This document shows, one piece after another, positions 47,207 to 60,600 of a DNA stretch of 64,000 bases. Positions within the stretch are counted from its first letter, which is position 1, and every line of letters begins with the position of its first letter. The notes under the pieces were generated by a model. That model made no database searches, was not told where the DNA came from, and saw only the letters and a list, made by a program, of their open reading frames with translations. The translations under genes and the position numbers were made by a program. Origin of the DNA: Eledone cirrhosa (Eukaryota); assembly GCA_964016885.1 (NCBI GenBank), contig OZ024741.1, forward strand, positions 202,492,001-202,556,000, in the 5' to 3' direction.

Positions 47207-48541
47207 ATGAATTATGTGAATATTTTAAAGGATTGTGTGTTTCCTTCTAATGAGATGTCAAGGATAATATCATATAAATGTGGTATCTGTGGTAAATCAT
47301 TCTCTGAAAGTAGTGACTTAACTAAACACATATGTAGTCATACAGTTGAGAAACCTTACCAATGTGACATTTGTGATAAATCATTCCATAAAAAAAAGTG
47401 CTTGACTAGACACAAGCTTATTCATACTGGAGAGAAACCGCATTGCTGTGATATCTGTGGTAAATCATTCTCTCATAATGATGACCTCAGAATTCACGTA
47501 CGCATTCATACTGGTGAAAGACCATATCCTTGCAGTATCTGTGGTAAATCATTTAATACAAGTACTCACTTAACTAACCACAAACGTACTCATACTGGAG
47601 AGAAACCATATCATTGTGACATCTGTGGTAAATCATTCTCTTCAGGAAGTAGCTTACTCACTCACAAACGAATTCATACAGGAGAAAAGAGATATCATTG
47701 TGATATCTGTGGTAAATCATTCTCTGATCAAGGGAACTTAACTGGACACAAACGTGTTCATACTGGAGAGAAGCCTTATAGCTGTGATATATGTGGTAAA
47801 GCATTTGCTCAAAGTGGTGCTGTAACTATTCACAAACGTGTTCATACAGGAGAGAAACCATATCACTGTAGTATCTGTGATAAAACTTTCTCTCAACTGA
47901 ATGCCATGACTTACCATAAACGTACTCATACAGGAGAGAAACCATATCATTGTGATTTCTGTGGTAAATCATTCACTGGATTACCTAGCTTAAATATACA
48001 TGAACGTATTCATACTGGAGAGAAACCATATCCCTGTGATATCTGTGGTGAATCATTTTCTCAAAGTCGTGAAGTATATGTACACAAACGTATTCATACA
48101 GTGGAGAAACAATTTCTTTGTGATATCTGTGGTAAATCGTTTACTGAAGGAAGTACATTAATCACTCACAAACTTATTCATACAGGAGAGAAGCCATACC
48201 ACTGTGATGTCTGTAGTAAATCATTCTCAGTAAAAAGTAACTTAACTAAACACAAACGTATTCATACCGGAGAGAGACCATATGATTGTAATGTTTGTGG
48301 TAGGGCATTCTCACAAATAAATACATTAACTAATCACAAACGCATTCATACAGGAGAGAAACCACATGGATGTGATATCTGTGGTAAATCGTTCTCTTTA
48401 CTTAATCACTTAACTAAACACAAACGTGTTCATACAGGAGAGAAACCATATCACTGTGATACTTGTGATAAATCATTCTCTCAAATAAATACATTAACTA
48501 TTCACAAACAAACACATAAAGAAGTGAAACCACATGACTGA
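47207..48541 (+). CDS. C2H2 zinc-finger protein, 15 fingers, 444 aa (ZNF gene 3)
   Basis: Intact ORF; ATG at 47207 matches the start of genes 1/2 (the track's 47117 start is a GTG); one extra finger (SLLNHLTK). Confidence 0.93.
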   Translation: MNYVNILKDCVFPSNEMSRIISYKCGICGKSFSESSDLTKHICSHTVEKPYQCDICDKSFHKKKCLTRHKLIHTGEKPHCCDICGKSFSHNDDLRIHVRIHTGERPYPCSICGKSFNTSTHLTNHKRTHTGEKPYHCDICGKSFSSGSSLLTHKRIHTGEKRYHCDICGKSFSDQGNLTGHKRVHTGEKPYSCDICGKAFAQSGAVTIHKRVHTGEKPYHCSICDKTFSQLNAMTYHKRTHTGEKPYHCDFCGKSFTGLPSLNIHERIHTGEKPYPCDICGESFSQSREVYVHKRIHTVEKQFLCDICGKSFTEGSTLITHKLIHTGEKPYHCDVCSKSFSVKSNLTKHKRIHTGERPYDCNVCGRAFSQINTLTNHKRIHTGEKPHGCDICGKSFSLLNHLTKHKRVHTGEKPYHCDTCDKSFSQINTLTIHKQTHKEVKPHD

Positions 48542-50339
48542 TATGTGTGGTAAATCATTCTCTGTCCCTAGTCTTTTAACAGAATACATTCATACAAGAG
48601 AGAAGCCACATCACCTGTGGTAAATCATTCTCTGTACCTAGTCACTTAACTAAACACAAATATATGCATACAAGATAAAAGCAATGTGTGGTAAATCATT
48701 TTCTGGTTGGACACTTCACATTTTCTAAAACTTTTGTTATCTAAGCTGTGAGTCCTAGTATCTTGAGTTCTTATTGAATCACTTTGTGAATATTTGTAAT
48801 AAACAGAAATCTAAATAAAACTAGTTTACTTTTAAATTATTCTTTTGTAATTTTATATTTAGAATGTCTAATCATACTCTGAAACAGTAAACTACAGAAT
48901 TCACAAACTTGATCAATGACAAATGTTCCACATTTCTCCAAACTGATTTTCACTAGTTATATAATTTAACTGGGAAGAGAAATCTCAGTGGATAGGACTC
49001 ATGGAAGAGGTAGATGTGGAATGAAGTAGTAAGATCTGACTGAGAAGCTCAAAGATAAAGGATTGGTGACATGTTATACTGGAGAAAACCTGCTTACCAC
49101 TGTGAAATGTGACTTGGCGCGACCATGTGTCTCTGCCTATAAGCAATTATCTTCACATCTCTGTACACCTCTCCACGCAAGAATTGTTCCATCCTATTTA
49201 AATGTTAAAGTGCCAGTTTAAACTCCTGAAAAGCTGTTTGTATCATTACTGTACCCACTTCTCTTTCATCTCCTTGATAATTCCCACTACACCTTCCATA
49301 TACTCATAACATATTTTCTCACTATGTCCATATGGTATACTCCTCCCCCTCAATAAGGTAGGGAGGACTTGTCAATTGAGTCCTAGAGCTAGGACTGTTA
49401 TAAAACGTCCCTGGTACACTCTGTAAATTGGCTGGTGCAACAAAGGGCTTCCAAATATAGAAACCACACTTGAAAGAACACTCCAGTCACAACATAGCAT
49501 CCTCTCTAGTGCTAGTTCCATGAAAAATGAACCTGGTACAACCTGTAAGATAGTTGGTGATAGGAAGAGCATCCAGCTGTAGAAAACATGCCAAAAAAGT
49601 GTTGTGAGGACTTTTCAGTTATGTCAAGGGCTTAACAGCCTCTTTAGTGGTGATCTACATGACAAACACACCTAGTACACTCTGTAAATAAAATGGTGAT
49701 AGAAATGGCATCCTTGTAGGAAGCTTGTTTAGGCTTGGGAGGCTTCTTCAACTGTTTAACATGACTACCACACTTGTGCTGGCACCTTTATAAAATCAAA
49801 TAACTTGCAAATTTTGTCTATTTGATAGGTGAATGCTTATATTGTCAGTGCTTGGAAAGTGATGTTTAACCATGTTAGGGTGTAGTAAATATCAGTTAGA
49901 TTAAAGTTACCTAGAATACTTTTAATATATTAGCCCTTTCTTTACCACATTTTACATTTCTAATGAAAGTCAGTCTGTAGTTTTCAAATAATTATGATAA
50001 TAATCAAGAATTTGGAGATAATAAGTTCATATTTATCAGATAATATGAACATACTTAACTTGATATTTCCAAATTCAATGTGGGAGGTCATGAGATGATA
50101 ATGGGTACTAAAGGACTAGCATGCCAAGATTTTAGTGGTGTTGGGGTGATCCTGGATAGAGTGTGGGTGCTGTAAGTGATCCTCGATGGAGTGTGGGTAA
50201 TGGAGCTGATCCTGGAGAGTATAAGGGTGTGTACAGTACTGGTAAGGGTAGCTAAGGAGTAATGGAAGAAAGGGGGCACATTATAAACTATAGGTACATA
50301 AGAGATATAGTGGGATATCAGGCAGGTTAGCAAAGAACA

Positions 50340-50990
50340 TAGGTTTTATATGTGGTCGATGCATAACAGTAGCAAGAGCTGATAAGAAACAAGCTCTATT
50401 AAATGCTCAAAGGGCTACATAGAAGTAGTTGATAGCTTCTGTTACTTGGGTGACCAAATTAGCAGTGGAGGTGGGTGTTCTGAAAGTACAGCAGCTAGAG
50501 TGAAAATAGGAGGGAAAAAGTTTGGGGAGCTACCACTGCTAATTACAAAGGGTTTTTTTCCTCAAAATTGTATGATGCTTATGTACAAATAGGATGCTGC
50601 ATGGAAGTGAGACCTGGGCACTGTGTGCAGAGGACCTATGAAAATTGGAAAGAAATGAAGCTTGCATGCTTTAATGGATGTGTAATAGTAGTGTGCATGA
50701 ACATCGAAGCATCAATGAACTGGAAGAGAAACTGGGCAAAAGAGGGGTCAGATGAAGTGTACAGGAGAGGAGATTGCAGTGGTATGAACATGTGAGGTGT
50801 ATGGAGGATAACAGCTGTATAAAATGGTGCAGGGTGCTCAAAATTGAGGAAAGCCATGGAAAAGGATGACCTAAGAAAGCTGAGGATGAAATGATAAAAG
50901 CTGATCTTGCCCAATTAAACCTCTTAAAGGGTCGAGGTCTCAGGCATTATACTGTACTGTAGAAGACGCAGCTTCCCATATGCACAAGAT
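50340..50990 (+). mobile_element. Decayed RTE-clade 3' fragment (another at ~52673-53070)
   Basis: DSFCYLGDQISSGGGCSEST and ETWALCAEDL-like sequence on the + strand. Confidence 0.7.
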
Positions 50991-52294
50991 GAAATAAACA
51001 TGTAGAGAACACTAGCCCACAACGATCATCTCCCAACCCTCCCTCATTCACTCTTCTCAGAATATTCTGTCCTCACTAATTAAATATCCCACTTACCTTA
51101 TCCATGTCCAAGTTGCATACTCCCTCTCCTCCCCACCTTCACACTCCTCAGTTATCTCGTCTGTCCTGTTCAACCATACATACAAACATGGAAAGCTGGA
51201 CATGCTCCAAATCAGCTCTCCTCCTCCCATAATGCTGCTGCCATGACAAAAAGCAATTTTGTCCACTCTATGGCGATCTGGTGTCACAACAACAAAACTA
51301 TCCAGTCCTTGCTGTAAGGTGGTCGTGCTGGTAATATAACAAAAACCCCCATTCCACCATGTTAGATGGTTGTTTTAGTACTACGATAAAAAGCACCCAG
51401 TTTCCACTGTAATATGGTTGGCATTAAGAAGGGCATCCAGAGATCCATATGAGCAAGACCTGGTCTCCTGACAACTCGTCTAACCCCTGCAAGTGTGGAA
51501 AATGATGTTAAATGATGGTGATAAGCACTATAAACAGTTTCATATACTGGTAGAAGGTCACCCCTTCCCTCTTACTCATTACCTTGCCAAATTTTACCAT
51601 CCTGCCATACTTATAGAACCATGATGTCATACTTATCCTTCCTACCAGTCCCATAACCCCACCTGCCCAATAGAGTAGAGAGGGCTCTAAGTTGAGTCAA
51701 TGGCCATCAATCTCACTAGTGCTGGTACCATGAAAAAATGCACCCAGTACACCATGTAAGGTGGTTGGCAATAGGAAGGGCATTCTGCTATAGAAACAAT
51801 GCAAAAATAGGGTTGACAGGACTCTTCAGCTGTGTCAAGTGCCCAACAACCTCCATAGGGCTGATGCCACAATAAAATGCACCCAGTACATTCTATGAGG
51901 TGGTTGGTGATAGGAAGGGCATGTAACCATAAAAAAAAACTTACCAAACAAAAAGAGTCAGAAGGACTCCTCAGCTATGTCAAAGACATGACAATCTCTG
52001 GTGCCACTCAGTAGAGCAAGTGAATGTATGTAAGCAGTAGAATGTGGGAATATATGTAAGCAAAATGTAGGCCTCTGGCTCATCTGAGATATTAGTAGCT
52101 CTGCTTGAGTACTGACTCAGTCTGTGACAACCCATCCAACTGTTGCTAAAAGAGAAAACAAATGTTAAATGATGATAGTGATGATTGCTTTCAACAAGGA
52201 TATATCTAGCAAGAAATATCTAACTTTGCTTAACCCTCATAATACAAAACTATTTATAGTGTTTATATTTATCTAAAAATCTACTATTATGAAA

Positions 52295-52672
52295 GTGTAA
52301 AAAAAAAAATCTATATGAAAAGCGTGTTTTGTGAAAGGTCGGAAAAGATCTACAGGAGTTTACAAAAAAGATCTGGAAAATTACCACCTATGGTAGCTCC
52401 AACTCCACTCCCAACCACCAACTCCGGGTCACAGAGGAATCCGACTACCCCAATCATCAGGCAGCTACCAACCACCTGAACCATTCTACAGATCTCCAAA
52501 ACACCTGCCCCAGAGAACAGTTAGACAACCATGCCCCCAGGAATGGAAAATACAACTGTAGATCCTGTACAGAGTGTCCACTAAGAAACAACTGCTTGGT
52601 TTCCAGAATTATCTACAGATGCACCATTCATGCGGAGAACAGCAAAAAATACGTCTACATAGATGCAACTGA
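52295..52672 (+). mobile_element. Penelope-like fragment (Cys-rich linker and start of GIY-YIG)
   Basis: YNCRSCTECPLRNNCLVSRIIYRCTI...KYVYIDATE. Confidence 0.65.
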
Positions 52673-53174
52673 AAGTGTGATCTGGGCACTCTGTGCAGAG
52701 CACCTACAAAGATTGGAAAGAAATGAAGCTTACATGCTCTGATGGATGCGTCAGTGAACTGAAATAGTAACATCAGTGAAAAGCATCAGTGAACTGAAAT
52801 AGAAACCAGGCATAAGAGGGGCCAGATGCAGTGTGCAGTAGAGGAGATTACAGTGGTTTGGACACATGATGCATATGATGGATCACAGCTATATAAAAAG
52901 GTGCAGAGTACTGTAAGTCAATGGTAACTATGAAAGAGGAAGATCTAGAAAAATTTGGGATGAAGTGATAAAAGCTGATCTCACTCAATTAAACCTCACA
53001 AAAGAGATGACATAGGATCAAGATCTCTGGTGTCATGCTATAGTAGAGAAGACCCACCTTCCCATGTGCACAAAATTAAAGGAAACAAACCTGCAGAGGG
53101 CACATTAGTCTGTACCAATCCTCTGTCTCCTACTCCATCCACTTTCCCCATCTTAATACCCTGCTCTTGCTTGC

Positions 53175-53810
53175 TAATTGTTGGTGTGTCATATGGGTCA
53201 GTGCAGAAAATCCTAACATCTGAACTGAACATGCGATGTGTTGCTGCCAAGTTTGTCTCCCACCTGCTCACACAGGATCAGAAGGAAAACCATGTCAAAA
53301 TGTGTCAAGAACTCAAATGGAGTGCAAAGGATGAGCTATCATTAATGTCAAGGATCATCATTGGTGATGAGTCTTTGATTTATGGATATGATCCTGAAAC
53401 AAAGCAGCAGTGAACACATGGAAGAGTCCATCATCTCCACTTCCCAAGAAGGCGAGACAGAGCTGCAGTTCAATCAAGAGCATGCTCATCATCTTTTTCA
53501 ACATCCATGGCATTATTCAATGAGAATTCACCCCCCAGGGCCAGACTGTAAAAAGAGTTTTACTGTGAAGTTCTGATGTGTTTGAGGAAAAAAGCGACCG
53601 GATCTGTAGCATGTGAAGAACTGGATTCTCCATGAGGACAATGCACCCTGCTACCAAGCACTCATTGTCCATGAGTTTCTTGCCAAGCACAACATGCCAT
53701 CGCTTCCACACCCGCCACACTCACCAGATTTAGCTCCTGTGGATTTTTTCTTTTCCCGAATATGAAAATCAAGCTCAAAGGTTGCTGTTTTATCACCGTT
53801 GCCAAGATCC
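53175..53810 (+). mobile_element. Mariner transposase fragment
   Basis: AKFVSHLLT, IIGDESLIYGYDPETKQQ, HEDNAP, HPPHSPDLAPVDFF. Confidence 0.85.
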
Positions 53811-53859
53811 TGTCATTCCTGGTTTGGAAGATCTATGTGGTCAACAACAGTGCTAGAAA

Positions 53860-54745
53860 TAGCAGCCAAACATTTCTATAAAAGAACAGCAAAGACACAA
53901 TAGCCAAATCTCCTTCAAATAGTACATCTTATTATATTTTAGAATGGCAGAAATAGAATCCAAATCTCCCTTTTATCCATTCTAGCGATGAACCAAGAAA
54001 AATATTTCAGTATATTTACAAGCAAACTTTTCACACACACACACACACACCTCATAATAAAAAAGGAATTGATTAATTAATAACCCAACAATTAATCGTC
54101 AGCGACTACCCTCAATATAGTGCAATGGCGAACATTGCCATATAAAATATAAAATGTGAGACTAATTAGATATTTCTATCTTTGTTTTGTCGTTTCCTTA
54201 AACTACACACACACACACACACGCATATATATATATATAGAATAAAAGAGAAAACACAGGTAAGCATTAAAAAAAGGATTTTATCCAGGTATTTACGACC
54301 GTTTCATCGGTAAGTGCAACCTTATATCGCTATACTGCAAATAGCAGCCACTCAATAATAATTGTTGTTCACCTCCAAATTTTCAAAATAATGAATAAGT
54401 TACTCGTAAAAGGTTCTTAATATATAAAAAACATTTTTTTGGAATTGTATTTACTAGTATAGAGAGACGGGAAGGGGGAGAATAGTTAGGAAGTAGAGGG
54501 ACAAACGGAGTAGTATATAGAGAGAGTAGTATAACGGAGTAGTATATATATAGAGAGGTCGTAAATACCTGGATAAAATCCTCTTTTTAATGCTTACCTG
54601 TGTTTTCTCTTTTATTCTTTATACTCCAAGATTGAACGCGATTCTTACAAACTTGTGGAGTTACCCCTAACCGTATGTTGAAACCGTCCATGAAACTGGC
54701 TATCTTAACCACGAACTGGATTACAATAAGCAATTTTCTGCTTCC

Positions 54746-54809
<64 letters not shown>

Positions 54810-55742
54810 ATATGTATGTATGTGTGTGTTTGTGTATGTGTATAGTTCAAGGAAATTATAAAACAGATAGAAAATGTCTAATTATTCTCACATTTTATAT
54901 AGCAATGTTCGACATTATATGAGCATGACATGGTCACATCAACAAACGGCACTATATTGAGAATAGTCGCTGACGATTAATTGTTGGGTTATTAATTAAT
55001 TAATTACTTTTTTATGATGGGTTATCATATATTTCAAGGCTGTCTCTTCTGTATTGAAAATAGCTTATTAAATGTGGAACCTAAAGTATTTATTATGGTC
55101 AAATATGAACACACAAACCAAAACAGACACATGTACACAGATCTGCATATTGTATACATACACACACACATATATATGTATATAAAAAGTAAAGAGAAAT
55201 AACAACACGATCGGTACAGTATCCGGATGTTAGTTCTTCATCAGAAGAAAGAATGAGAAATAGGATAGATTGAAGAGACGGGTGGGGTAGAATTGGGTGT
55301 CAGGAAATGATACAATTACCTAAGAAATATACAGTTAATCACATAATCTACTCTCGTTAAAATCTACTTTAAATTTATATATTATTTTCCAGAACTGCAA
55401 TCTACACACTTTAATAAGTATCTATATAAAATTTTCATTAAAAAAAAAATGAATTACTAAAAAAGTTATGAACAAAATTGTCATTACTTTAAAACTCAGT
55501 TAAATATCATGGTCAAAGGGAGGTAAATACGAAACTTTCGTCCCTGCTTGTGAACAACTATATGGTCACAAATGACAGCCAAACTCTTTTATAAAAGAAA
55601 ATGCTAGACACAACAACCAAATTTCCTTCAAATATTACATCTTATTATATTTTAGAATGGAAGAAATAGAACCCAAATCTCCCTTTTATTCATTCTAGTG
55701 ACGAACCAAGAAAAATATTTCAGTATATTTTACAAGCAAACC

Positions 55743-55800
<58 letters not shown>

Positions 55801-55828
55801 GAAAGGTTTGCTTGTAAAATATACTGAA

Positions 55829-55916
<88 letters not shown>

Positions 55917-56190
55917 AGTTCAAGGAAACGACAAAACAGAGATAGAAATATCTAATTAGTCTCACATTTTATATGGCAATGTTCGTCATTGCACTATATT
56001 AAGGGTAGTCGCTGACGATTAATTGTTGGGTTATTAATTAATCAATTCCTTTTTTATTATGAGGTTTATCATATATTTCAAGGCTGTCTCTTCTGTATTG
56101 AAAACAACTTATTAAATGTAGAAGCTTAACGTATTTATTATGGTTAAATATAAAGACACAAAAGAAAACAGACACACGTACACACATCTG
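53860..56190. repeat. Microsatellite-punctuated region of direct and inverted block duplications
   Basis: Block A (53860-54022, 55575-55747); block B forward (54040-54205) and reversed (54843-55018, 55916-56063); inverted pair 54239-54300 / 54557-54619; (TA)n, (TG)n and (CA)n at the junctions. Confidence 0.8.
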
Positions 56191-56670
56191 TATACACTTT
56201 ATTCAAAATCACATACACACAGAGTTGGATTTAGACCATCGGAGGCCCGGGGCGAATCAGATTTGGGGGGAGCCTCTGATACACAAAGAATTAGTATACA
56301 CAGCAAACCCCCGAATTTTATATATCAAAGTAAGCTGGGCGCCAATAATTGGAATTGAAAAGCCATGCATGTATTAAATTCAAATATTCTAACCATCCTA
56401 AAACTAAAAAGCCCAGCTGAGGGCACAAATAAATTGCTACGGTCATCGATGCCCAGGGCATCCCACTGCAGGGGACTTGGAGCAATTGTTCCCTATGCCC
56501 CCATTAAATCAGGTGCTACACACACACACACACATATCTGTTTGTGTGTGTTTTTATTTCTTCACCACCAAATGTTGTCTGTTTTCAATAAATGTTATTA
56601 ACTTTGATAGCGGCTTATTTTATCAATCTTTTTAAAGAAAAAACAAACCCTACGTTATAGGACAGACACG

Positions 56671-56770
<100 letters not shown>

Positions 56771-56859
56771 ACAGTTGATCAACAAGACCACAGACCGTTT
56801 AACGAATGGGGAGACCTCGTGAAATCGGACCAAGGAAACAATGTTTCCATTGGTCTTTC

Positions 56860-57020
56860 CAGTTGCTTATACTTTCTACTGGTCCCAAATCCAGACAGAA
56901 GGAGCAACTTGAAATAAAGTGTCTTGGCCCTTGCTCAAGGACACAACACATGCGGGAATCGAGCTCACAACCTCACGATTGACAATCCAATTCTTTAACC
57001 ACTCAATCACGCACCTTCAC
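56860..57020 (-). mobile_element. Old tRNA-derived SINE related to 4009-4348
   Basis: GAAATAAAGTGTCTT...GCTCAAGGACACAAC and TAACCACT head motifs. Confidence 0.6.
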
Positions 57021-57031
57021 ACACACACACA

Positions 57032-57641
57032 TGGCTGTACATGGCTATGGCGCGGCCACACTTAGAATTTGCATCACCAGTCTGGAACCCCTATCTTGCT
57101 CAGAACATTGACCGCCTGGAAACTGTTCAGAGACGTGCAGCCAAGCGAATACCCTCCATCAGGCATCTACCATACTCTGAACGTTTTGCTTCCCTGGGCA
57201 TGAATACATTGAAGCTCCGACGCCTGGCAACTGACTTGGTAAACACCCACAAAATTGTTAACCATCTTGCCAACAACAACCCTGAGTACCTTTTTGATTT
57301 CCATGAGTCTAACACAATTGGGCATGCCAACAAAGTAAGAAAACAGCACAGTTCCCATGACTTTCGGAAACATTTTTTCACGCTCAGAGTTGCTGAAGCA
57401 TGGAACAAACTACCTGCATCAGTTGTTAGCTGTCGAGACACTGCATCCTTTAAGGCCTCCATGCTTCCCGAGATTCGTCAACACTACACCTAATGCCCCC
57501 CCCCCCATACACATACACACATGTATATCATGACTCATACACTAATCACTTCCCTGACATTTGTATATTATTCTATGTACTATACATGCACCTTTGACGA
57601 GTTGTAGTGCACCTGAGCACTTTACACAATAATTTCATTAT
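57032..57641 (+). mobile_element. 5'-truncated CR1-like LINE
   Basis: RPHLEFASPVWNPY...LETVQRRAAK...FFTLRVAEAWNKLP, then a 3' UTR ending CATTATT. Confidence 0.85.
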
Positions 57642-60600
57642 TTTGAAAAAAATTTCAACATGGATAACACAAGAAACAGAGAGCGCGCTGTCAGACAACA
57701 CAGATAGAGGGAGTCTTTATCAGCATGTCAACAGGACAGGGTTCCAGCGGAGGTAAATATAAACGAAAATATTACAAAGGAAAAGAAGATTGTTACAGAT
57801 TTAAAATTAACAAATATTTCTAACACAAACAACACCAACAATAACACCAACAACAACACCATCAATAACAACAGCAACAACAAAAATAACAGCGGTAAAG
57901 TCGAGAACGACAATAACAATGACAATAACAACAGCCACAACAACAATAATAGTAGGAACAGTATCAACAAAAACAACAATAATAACAACAGCCACAATAA
58001 CAGTAAGAACAGCAACAGTATCAACGAAAACAACAACAACAACACCAACAACTGTACCACCGAAAACATCAACAATGACATCGATATCTGTAACAGCGAT
58101 CTCAGCACCACCAGTAAGACCAGTAGCGGCAGCAATAGTGGTGCTGCTGAAAAAAGGACCACTTCTTTTGCAGGTATCGCCGGAAATATCGAGGCAGTGT
58201 TAGTCACAGGAGGAGATGGCAGTCGCAAAGGCCATGGTGACAAGAAGCGCAAATAGAGTCTCCCTGAAACCTCCACCCGATTTTTTCAAGGACCAGCAGC
58301 TACAGACGGTGACTTACCGCACCGTAAGCAAAATGTCACATCGGGTGGAGAGCCACGGAGGCTCAAATCCAAAAGGCCTTGGGGTGCGTCTGGGCACGCA
58401 AAACCCACATCACCCGAGGCAGAAAGTACGCCACAGTAGACGTACTTTTCGCCACCTCCCAGGAAGCAAACTCTCACTCTTTGGAAACTCTAAAGAGTGA
58501 GGAGATAGTCTTGGTGCCCTCCTACTGCGGGCAGAAAACTGTGAGGGTCAAAGTGACCCAGGTCCCACCCGACGTGCCCATACCTTGGCTGGCCGCGTCT
58601 GTCCTTGCTGGAATCGAGAACAGGACGACCATGCTGCAAGTAGAAAAAATAGGGAGAGAGAACTGGTCAGGTATAGGCATGCAAATGCTTATACAAACTG
58701 ACCAGGAATGTATCGACGCTATCCATGATATCATAGACATCGAGGAAGGACTCCAACTCCCTATAAGTGTAGAAGGAAGACGGCCAAAATGTTATCTCTG
58801 TGGGTCGAAGGGTCACCTCAGGGCCGCAGAAGACAGCGAAGAAGAAAGCCCCTCTCCTCCAATACCTGGTCCACTGCTACCAAGGGCAGGCAACAAACAC
58901 AGAAGCCCCTTCCACGGTGAGTAGGAGGGCAACGTCCGTAGCACCCGTACCAAAGCCACGGACAACTAAAGCAGCATCATCAGTGGCAGCAACACCAATA
59001 GCTACAATTGAAGTAGCTACACCAGCAACAAAATTGCCGAAGAGGGCTCCACTACCACCACCAACAGCCGTGGAGCACATACCCTTCCCAGACGCCACAG
59101 AATCCGACATGAAGTTTGAGGCGGGAGTGAAGTGGCAAACGGTCTGCCACAAAAAAGAAAAAAGAAAAAAACCCCTTAGATTCACTCTCCAAAAGCGAAG
59201 GCATACAAAGAGGGGTAAAGGCAGCAAGGAAACTTACAGCAACACCACCACCATCACCACCACAAGCACCACTGACAACAACAACCACACCACCACCAGC
59301 ATCACCAAAAACACGAACAACGCAAACACAACAAGACACACACACCAAACAGCAACAAGAAGAAAACAGCAACAAAATCACCCCTCCCCACAAAAAGTAC
59401 ACAGCCATAAACATGGCAAAAAAAGAACTCATACAATATATAAAGCAGCACACAGACATCACAGAAAAAAACTACTACACCCCACCAACACCAAGAACTC
59501 TCCCGACAAACATAAGCATCATCGAAATCTCATTAGAACAATACAAACCTTTAAAACAAAAATTCCCCAACGCAGTTGGAGACTTCAGAGGGTCGGTTAC
59601 CAAGAGGATATACACTGACATCCTCTTGGAAACACCCATGACCAGCGAAAGGGACGGTTCTACTGTCCCTTCACCACACGATCAAGGTAAGTGACCCTTT
59701 CTCACTTGCCCCGTTTCTCATCCAGCATGGCCGTACTTAGAATAGGCAGTATAAATGTACGTAGCCTGGGGTCATCTTGGAAGCAGGGTCACCTGCTCAA
59801 CGACCTCAGGTCACTAAACATAGATGTGGTGGCCATCAGTGAAACCAGAATCTCCGAGGCACAAGCCTTCGCACCGATCTGTGGCGGCGGCTACGATGTA
59901 TACGCATCTCCCAACCGTCCAGGATCGGGGGGAGGGGTTGCCGTCCTTTTTCGGAGAGGCTTGGATCTCGCGATACGGGCCATCTTCCTAGACCCAGAAG
60001 GTAAGTCGGTGGTGTTGGACGTGACCGGCAGCGAAGGCAATGCTTTCAGGCTAGTAGCCGTCTACTCCCCAACTGGGGCAGGACGGCCAGATTTCTTCAG
60101 ACATCTATAGACCTTTCTTGGAACGTCCCGCTCTTTAGTGTTAGTGGGGGACTGGAACGGTATCTTCGATGCACGTTGGGATTGTGTGGGGCTAGTGGAT
60201 AGAGGAGGAGGGTGCAAGAGCCTCACCAACCTGCTCAGACGTTTTGAACTGTCTGACAGGTATCGTCTGGATCACCCGAATGTGCCAATGTGGACATGGA
60301 CAAACCGCATCGGGTCATCCAGATCGTATCTCGATAGGGTATTCTGCAGAGAACTAGGTAAGGCTAGTATAAGTTGTCCACAGTTTAAAATAGTCGACTA
60401 CACAGACTACACAGACCACAAATTTGTGATCTGTGAGATCGACATAGACAGACTTCATAGACAAGGGCTTGGTTACTGGAAGCTGAACGCGTCTTTCCCG
60501 GCGCGCAAAGCCTACAGAGACCGGATTAGCGTATTAGTTAAGCGGGCGTTGACTGGAGCGGTCATCAACAACATGTGGTGGTTCGCCCTGAAAAGGGCAA

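Noticed and set aside
56220-56520. Possible MITE with GGATTTA/TAAATC ends
   Set aside because: Terminal repeats too degenerate and only one copy in the window.
57728-58276. Very hydrophobic 182-aa ORF that looks like a membrane protein
   Set aside because: Antisense reading of the (AAC)n-rich Tx1 ORF1 region.
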